From: Gammaproteobacteria bacterium
GTDB lineage: Bacteria > Pseudomonadota > Gammaproteobacteria > Pseudomonadales > Pseudohongiellaceae
Direction: 5' to 3'
DNA length: 64,000 bases
NCBI GenBank assembly: GCA_963694865.1
Contig: CAVOFA010000001.1
Span: 755-64,754, forward strand
Shown piece by piece: positions 58,468 to 64,000 of this stretch. The position numbers and the translations under genes were made by a program. The stretch's first letter is position 1. Each line of letters begins with the position of its first letter. Below the pieces are notes generated by a model. That model was not told the DNA's origin. It worked only from the letters and a program-made list of their open reading frames with translations, and did not search any database.

Positions 58468-60369
58468 CTAAATAATACCCTCAGTTTCCATCAATTTAAT
58501 AAGCTGATTCAAACACTCTTCCGGCGATATCTCTGCTGTATTCAATTCCAGATGGGTGAGGGAGGGTGGTTCGTAGGGAAATGAGAGCCCGGGTATATCT
58601 GCAGAAGTTGAGCCTTCTGCGGCAGCATACAAACCGCTGGGATCTCGCTGCATGCACACTTCCAGAGGTGGGTTCAGGTAGATGATATAGCAGTTATCCT
58701 TGCCAATGACGCTTAGCGCGTGTGCACGGGAGTCCTCGTTGGGCGCTACAAACGACGCACAGCAGATGACACCGGAATCATTGATAAAGCGCGCGATGTG
58801 AGCACTGCGTCTTAAGTTTTCGGCCCGCCCCTCGGCGTCATGGGGTAAGTCTTTGCTGATGCCAAGGCGCATGGTTTTGCCATCGAGTACGGTGCTTACT
58901 CGCCCGCGATCGAACAATATCCGTTCCAAGCCGTGAGCAAGGGTAGATTTGCCTGAACCGGAAACGCCGATAAACATGATAGTTGCGGGCTTCTGTCCAT
59001 AGCGGACGGCACGTTCCTCCTTGGTGACGTGAACATTGCTTGGTGCTGCGCTGCTGGCTTGTGTATGCTGCTCGCAATCAATCATACCGCCACCGACGGT
59101 GACATTGCTCAAACGGTCGATAACAATAAAATTGCCGGTGGTGCGATTGTCTTTATAGGCATCGAAGCAAACTTGTAATTCTAGGTTGACTTGCACCAGT
59201 CCAATTTCGTTAAGTTTCAGTTCCGGGGCCGGTTTACGTTGCAGGGTATTGACGTCTATCCGATTACGAATCGTAGCTATCTTTCCGCTTAACATGCGAG
59301 TGCCAAGTTTGAAGTCATACAGCTTGCCTGGCAGCAGTGGCGCCTCAGCCATCCATACCAGTGTCGCATCAAAGCTGTCCCTACTTATAGGCAAATTATC
59401 CGGGTGCGCCAACACGTCGCCACGGCTTACATCGATTTCATCTTCCAGAGTGAGAGTGATCGCCATCTCGGCATGAGCGAGTTCCAACTCTTCATCGAAT
59501 GTGACGATGGATTTGACATGGCTGGTTTTGCCGGAGGGGAGAACAATAATCTCATCACCTTTTCTTACTACTCCCGACCCCACTGTGCCGCAGAATCCCC
59601 TGAAATTCAGGTTCGGGCGATTTACATACTGGACCGGCAAACGGAAGTCAGAAAAGTTTCTGTCTTCTGCGATTTTCACCGTCTCAAGAATTGACATGAG
59701 CGGGTCACCCTCGTACCAGGGCATTAGCTCGCTGGCATTGACCACATTGTCTCCGTTAAGGGCAGACAGAGGGATGAAGAGTATATCCGCCGGATCCAGC
59801 TTTTGGGCAAACTCGGTATATTCCATTTTGATTGTTTCGAAGACCTGCTCTTCATATCCCACCAGGTCCATTTTGTTGACGGCTACGATGATGTGTTTGA
59901 TACCCAGCAGCGACGCGATAAAGCTGTGTCTTTTGGTCTGAGACTGTATGCCATTTCTGGCGTCGATGAGGATTATGGCAAGGTCGCAGGTTGATGCGCC
60001 TGTCGCCATATTACGAGTGTATTGTTCGTGTCCGGGAGTATCGGCGATTATGAATTTACGCCGCGCGGTCGAAAAATAGCGATACGCAACATCGATAGTG
60101 ATGCCTTGTTCGCGTTCTGCCTGCAAGCCATCTACTAGCAGGGCGAGGTCTATTTTCCCACCGGTAGTTCCCGATTTTACGCTGTCGGCCTCTATAGCCG
60201 CCAGCTGATCTTCATAGATCAATTTTGAATCGTGCAAAAGACGGCCAATCAGCGTGCTCTTGCCGTCATCGACACTGCCGCAGCTTAACAGGCGTAATAA
60301 TTCCTTGCGCTCATGTTGGGCAAGATAAGCATTGATATCGGTACTGATTAGTTCAGATTGATGAGACAT
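58468..60369 (-). CDS. cysNC: Bifunctional sulfate adenylyltransferase subunit 1 / APS kinase
   Basis: 633 aa. The N-terminal part is a GTPase ([26 protein letters not shown]). The C-terminal part is an APS kinase with P-loop [11 protein letters not shown]. Confidence 0.9.
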   Translation of the reverse strand: MSHQSELISTDINAYLAQHERKELLRLLSCGSVDDGKSTLIGRLLHDSKLIYEDQLAAIEADSVKSGTTGGKIDLALLVDGLQAEREQGITIDVAYRYFSTARRKFIIADTPGHEQYTRNMATGASTCDLAIILIDARNGIQSQTKRHSFIASLLGIKHIIVAVNKMDLVGYEEQVFETIKMEYTEFAQKLDPADILFIPLSALNGDNVVNASELMPWYEGDPLMSILETVKIAEDRNFSDFRLPVQYVNRPNLNFRGFCGTVGSGVVRKGDEIIVLPSGKTSHVKSIVTFDEELELAHAEMAITLTLEDEIDVSRGDVLAHPDNLPISRDSFDATLVWMAEAPLLPGKLYDFKLGTRMLSGKIATIRNRIDVNTLQRKPAPELKLNEIGLVQVNLELQVCFDAYKDNRTTGNFIVIDRLSNVTVGGGMIDCEQHTQASSAAPSNVHVTKEERAVRYGQKPATIMFIGVSGSGKSTLAHGLERILFDRGRVSTVLDGKTMRLGISKDLPHDAEGRAENLRRSAHIARFINDSGVICCASFVAPNEDSRAHALSVIGKDNCYIIYLNPPLEVCMQRDPSGLYAAAEGSTSADIPGLSFPYEPPSLTHLELNTAEISPEECLNQLIKLMETEGII

Positions 60370-60406
60370 AGTGCGTGGTTTCTGTTTTTACTCAAACTAG
60401 CTGGAG

Positions 60407-61315
60407 TTAAAAATATCCTTTGCGTTTTTTCTCTTCCATAGATCCCGCCTTGTCCGAATCGATCAGCCGTCCCTGCCGTTCTGAACTGGTGGCGAGAAGC
60501 ATTTCCTGGATTATTTCAGGCAGGGTGGTGGCCGTTGATTCCACGGCTCCGGTCAAGGGGTAGCAGCCCAGAGTACGAAAACGAACAGTTTTTGTCTCAA
60601 TTTTCTGATTTTTCCCAATTGGCATACGGTCGTCGTCTACGAGGATGTCGATGCCGTCGATATTTACCACTGGCCGAGGTTTAGCGAAATACAGAGGCAC
60701 AATATCGATGTCATTGAGGTGGATGTATTGCCAGATATCAAGCTCGGTCCAGTTTGAAAGAGGAAAGATTCGTATGCTCTCTCCCTTGTTGATCTTGCAG
60801 TTATAGAGATTCCACAGCTCAGGTCGCTGATTCTTTGGATCCCAACCGTGATTCTTGTCTCGAAAAGAAAATACCCGCTCCTTGGCCCGTGATTTTTCTT
60901 CATCACGGCGGGCACCACCGAAGGCGGCATCGAATCGATACTTGTCGAGGGCCTGTTTCAATGCCTGGGTCTTCATGATGTCGGTGTGCTTTTCACTACC
61001 GTGGGTGAAGGGGCCAATGCCGGCGTCAACTCCCTCCTGATTTGTGTGGACGATAATGTCCAGCCCGAGCTTCTTGATCTGCTGGTCGCGAAATTCGATC
61101 ATCTCGCGAAATTTCCAGGTGGTGTCGACGTGCATCAGGGGAAAAGGAGGCTTGCCCGGATAGAAGGCCTTCAGGGCAAGATGCAACATTACCGCGGAAT
61201 CTTTGCCGATGGAATAAAGCATTACCGGTTTATCAAATTCAGCCACAACCTCTCGCATTATATGGATGCTTTCTGCTTCGAGTTGTTTCAGGTGAGTGAG
61301 GTTGTATTCGGACAT
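60407..61315 (-). CDS. cysD: Sulfate adenylyltransferase subunit 2
   Basis: 302 aa with the PAPS-reductase-like fold ([13 protein letters not shown]) and the C-terminal EEKKRKGYF. Confidence 0.95.
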   Translation of the reverse strand: MSEYNLTHLKQLEAESIHIMREVVAEFDKPVMLYSIGKDSAVMLHLALKAFYPGKPPFPLMHVDTTWKFREMIEFRDQQIKKLGLDIIVHTNQEGVDAGIGPFTHGSEKHTDIMKTQALKQALDKYRFDAAFGGARRDEEKSRAKERVFSFRDKNHGWDPKNQRPELWNLYNCKINKGESIRIFPLSNWTELDIWQYIHLNDIDIVPLYFAKPRPVVNIDGIDILVDDDRMPIGKNQKIETKTVRFRTLGCYPLTGAVESTATTLPEIIQEMLLATSSERQGRLIDSDKAGSMEEKKRKGYF

Positions 61316-61382
61316 GGGGTTACGTCATCATTGCCTAAGGCTTACGATTGGCGGATTAAAAGGTGTATTAGTTCGCTTCAGT

Positions 61383-61853
61383 TTATTGATTGCCAGACTG
61401 CGCAGGACTTTCCTCGTTACTGATGGCTTTCGACTTGTCCAATCCAAAATCTTCAGCTAATGCACCTTTTTGTTCAGGATTTTGCTTTGCAGCGTAGTCC
61501 TTGGGAGGAAGCAGTCCGCTGGTCTCTTGGCCGTTGTTATTGCTGTCAAATACAGCATCGGAGCTGGCTGGCAATAATTTGCTGGCGACTTCCAGGGAGC
61601 ACAGATCCTGTGCGCCAGTTGCCAGGTGCTGATACACTTCTTTGTAGCTTTCCGTCATGTGTTGCACTAACTCCGCTGTCATACTGAAATGATCGCTGAC
61701 ACTGTCTTTGTAGTCGATATGATTTTCTTTCAAGCTGCGGATTTGGTTTTCCAACTCATGCACGCGGGACGGGCTGGTGTTTAGACGACTCGCAAAAACG
61801 ACGCCGATCACGATGCCAACTGCCAGACAAGCCATTGCTACTAACCAAATCAT
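61383..61853 (-). CDS. zapG: YhcB/ZapG-family inner membrane protein (DUF1043)
   Basis: 156 aa with an N-terminal TM and a coiled coil (ELENQIRSLKENHIDYKDSVSDHFSMTAELV). It is divergent from zapE, as in E. coli. Confidence 0.75.
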   Translation of the reverse strand: MIWLVAMACLAVGIVIGVVFASRLNTSPSRVHELENQIRSLKENHIDYKDSVSDHFSMTAELVQHMTESYKEVYQHLATGAQDLCSLEVASKLLPASSDAVFDSNNNGQETSGLLPPKDYAAKQNPEQKGALAEDFGLDKSKAISNEESPAQSGNQ

Positions 61854-62078
61854 CGGGACTACTGCCTCTTTTTAGTGCCTCACTCTGCGCACCGGGTACC
61901 TACAGTGGGGACAATCAGAATTCAAATTATACATTAAAATCGCCGTGCCGCCGTATTAAGTTTGAGTTGAAAGGCTCTGGCAGGAAGGCTGCAGATGTGT
62001 TCTTACGGTGGTTTCCAACGGCAAATATCCATAAAATGCCACAGCTCCCCTTGCGAACAGGATACACAGATAGCCGTC

Positions 62079-63188
62079 ATGAACCCGTTACAGAGATATC
62101 AGAAAGAACTTGATGAGGGCATGATCTCAGAAGATGCAGAGCAGCGGCGCGTGGTTGCGCAGCTGCAATTGCTGTTTACAAAGCTGATAAGCCGAGCCGA
62201 TGCCAGACCTGATTTTCGCGCTGTTGTTTTGAATTGGTTCGGTAGCGGTGGGCATCGCGACTTCGATGTTAAAGGAATATATCTCTGGGGCGGTGTCGGT
62301 AGGGGCAAAACCTATCTCATGGATTTGTTCTACGACAGCCTACCTTTCGAGAGAAAATTGAGGACGCATTTTCATCGCTTCATGCAGAGAGTTCACAATG
62401 AGTTGACGCGGTTGCAGGGATGCAAGAATCCCCTTGAAATAATCGCGGATCAAATTGCAGCGGAGGCTCTGGTGGTCTGTTTCGATGAATTTTTTGTCCT
62501 CGATATCGCCGATGCGATGATTCTATCGGGGTTGTTCGAGGCATTGTTCGAGCGTCATGTTGTGCTGGCCACCAGTTCGAATATTCAGCCGCAGAGGCTC
62601 TATGAAAATGGACTGCAACGAGAGCGATTTTTACCGGCTATAGAGTTGATTAAACAGCACACCAATGTGATCGAAATACTCCCCGGCACGGACTATCGCC
62701 TGCGCAGTCTGAGCCAGGCGACCCTGTACCACTGTCCCATTAGCGCCGCTACCGAGGCGCTGCTACGGCAGAGTTTTTATGCGCTTGCTCCCGACAAATC
62801 CGAGATTCACGAGCGCGAGCAAATTGAAATTCTCAAGCGCCCCCTGCAAACGATTTATTGTGCTGACGATGTCGTCTGGTTTGAGTTCACGCAATTGTGC
62901 GACGGACCCAGGTCTGCGTTCGACTACGTGGAAATTGCCAAGCTCTACCATGCCGTCTTGCTAAGCGACGTGCCTCAGCTTGATTACAATCATGATGACC
63001 AGGCGCACCGCTTCGTCAGCCTGGTCGATGAGCTCTATGACCGCCGGGTGAAGCTGATTATAGCCGCTGCGGTACCCATCCAGGCACTTTATACAGGAGC
63101 GAACCTGGCTTTTGCTTTTGAGCGAACTCGTTCAAGGTTAGTGGAAATGCAATCACACGATTATCTGTGCAGCGAGCACCGGGGGTAA
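62079..63188 (+). CDS. zapE: Cell division protein ZapE (AFG1-like ATPase)
   Basis: Walker A is WGGVGRGKTYLMD and Walker B is VVCFDEFFV. The likely start is MNPLQRY (62079), and the ORF opens at 61995. Confidence 0.85.
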   Translation: MNPLQRYQKELDEGMISEDAEQRRVVAQLQLLFTKLISRADARPDFRAVVLNWFGSGGHRDFDVKGIYLWGGVGRGKTYLMDLFYDSLPFERKLRTHFHRFMQRVHNELTRLQGCKNPLEIIADQIAAEALVVCFDEFFVLDIADAMILSGLFEALFERHVVLATSSNIQPQRLYENGLQRERFLPAIELIKQHTNVIEILPGTDYRLRSLSQATLYHCPISAATEALLRQSFYALAPDKSEIHEREQIEILKRPLQTIYCADDVVWFEFTQLCDGPRSAFDYVEIAKLYHAVLLSDVPQLDYNHDDQAHRFVSLVDELYDRRVKLIIAAAVPIQALYTGANLAFAFERTRSRLVEMQSHDYLCSEHRG

Positions 63189-63384
63189 AACGACCTGGTA
63201 ATTGCGGGGCATAAATCGGCTTTGCCGGCACGCTTTCAAAGCCGCTGTTGTTTAGCATTTGCGCATCGTCAGCAGGCTAGACTACGCGAGGTAAAAACTG
63301 TCATTTAGCCCGGATTTCGCTTGAATAATCGATGCCGAATCGGTAGTATTCGCGCTCCTTAATGTAAAGCCCTTTGAATGTCCA

Positions 63385-63813
63385 ATGAAAACCTATAGTG
63401 CAAAGCCTTATGAGGTTGAACAGAACTGGCTGCTTGTAGATGCAGAAGGCCAGACCCTGGGTCGTATGGCCGCATCGATAGCGACTCGTTTGCGTGGCAA
63501 ACACAAGCCCGAATACACCCCTCACATTGATACTGGTGATTTCGTCGTAGTGATTAATGCTGACAAAGTGAAAGTCACTGGTAATAAGGCTAAAGGTAAG
63601 ATTTATCATGCCCACTCAGGCTTTCCTGGCGGGCTCAAGTCAATTTCTTTCGAAAAGTTGCTGGACAAAGCCCCTGAGCGAGTCATCAAACTTGCAGTGA
63701 AAGGTATGCTTCCCAAGAATCCATTAGGGCGAGCAATGTTCAAGAAGCTGAAAGTCTACGCCGGTGCAGAACACCCGCACGGGGCGCAGCAACCTGTAAC
63801 CGTACAATTTTAA
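63385..63813 (+). CDS. rplM: 50S ribosomal protein L13
   Basis: 142 aa, reading [27 protein letters not shown]... Confidence 0.95.
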   Translation: MKTYSAKPYEVEQNWLLVDAEGQTLGRMAASIATRLRGKHKPEYTPHIDTGDFVVVINADKVKVTGNKAKGKIYHAHSGFPGGLKSISFEKLLDKAPERVIKLAVKGMLPKNPLGRAMFKKLKVYAGAEHPHGAQQPVTVQF

Positions 63814-63830
63814 AGAGGTTCGAATTAGCA

Positions 63831-64000
63831 ATGTCTGCAACTCAATACTACGGCACTGGCCGCCGCAAGACTTCGACAGCAAGGGTCTACCTGACTGGCG
63901 GTAGTGGAAATATTACGGTTAATCGGCGCCCACTCGACGGTTATTTTGGTCGCGAAGTTGCCCGCATGATTGTCCGCCAGCCACTGGAATTGGTCGAAAT
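63831..64000 (+). CDS. rpsI: 30S ribosomal protein S9 (5' part; runs off the window)
   Basis: My translation from the ATG at 63831 is [56 protein letters not shown]. It is not in the ORF track because no stop falls within the window. Confidence 0.9.
   Translation, partial: MSATQYYGTGRRKTSTARVYLTGGSGNITVNRRPLDGYFGREVARMIVRQPLELVE

Overview
This is a 64-kb chromosomal segment from a gammaproteobacterium. Gene content and order look most like Pseudomonadales/Cellvibrionales-type genomes. It is densely packed with about 60 CDS, mostly housekeeping. I recognised no rRNA, tRNA, CRISPR array, transposase, integrase or phage genes.

Two conserved synteny blocks are joined here.
(1) sfsA and an aminotransferase lie divergent from dksA-gluQ-(small 2-TM ORF)-cbrA-cbrB-[831-bp non-coding gap]-pcnB-dNK-panB-panC-acs.
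(2) The second block runs mgtE, ptsO-rapZ-ptsN-rpoN-lptB-lptA-lptC-kdsC-kdsD-yrbG, divergent from mlaC-ibaG-murA-hisG-hisD. It continues with degS/algW, nif3/ybgI, cysNC-cysD, zapG/zapE and rplM-rpsI.

The left 14 kb is more accessory. It holds a partial 2-hydroxyacid dehydrogenase, a lone selA, a Tat-exported dienelactone hydrolase, a soluble PQQ dehydrogenase, a Bcr/CflA MFS pump, and a DUF58-transglutaminase-MoxR-unknown (708 aa) operon.

Main hunt result: the AT-rich gap between cbrB and pcnB (19676-20506) sits where Pseudomonas carries crcZ. On the minus strand it shows a good sigma-54 -24/-12 element. Upstream of that are an IHF-consensus match and TGTTAC/GTAACA half-sites. Downstream are four clusters of AAUAAUAA-type (AAnAAnAA/ARN) repeats separated by GC stem-loops, ending near a G10/C10 hairpin. 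I read this as a CrcZ-like Hfq(/Crc)-sequestering sRNA whose sequence is divergent enough to be missed by homology search. A matching AAUAAUAACAA motif abuts the Shine-Dalgarno of a DUF4212/sodium-solute-symporter operon in the same window, which makes that operon a plausible target.

Secondary observations:
- a mini-uORF/8-nt tandem triplication at the cbrA start
- an orphan plus-strand terminator upstream of the aminotransferase
- a ~210-bp inverted-repeat element where hisC is expected
- a 29-bp perfect hairpin
- a perfect 54-bp in-frame duplication
- several missing members of conserved operons (folK, hpf, mlaFEDB, hisC, selB)

All functional calls come from reading the translated ORFs and motifs by eye. 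No searches were run.
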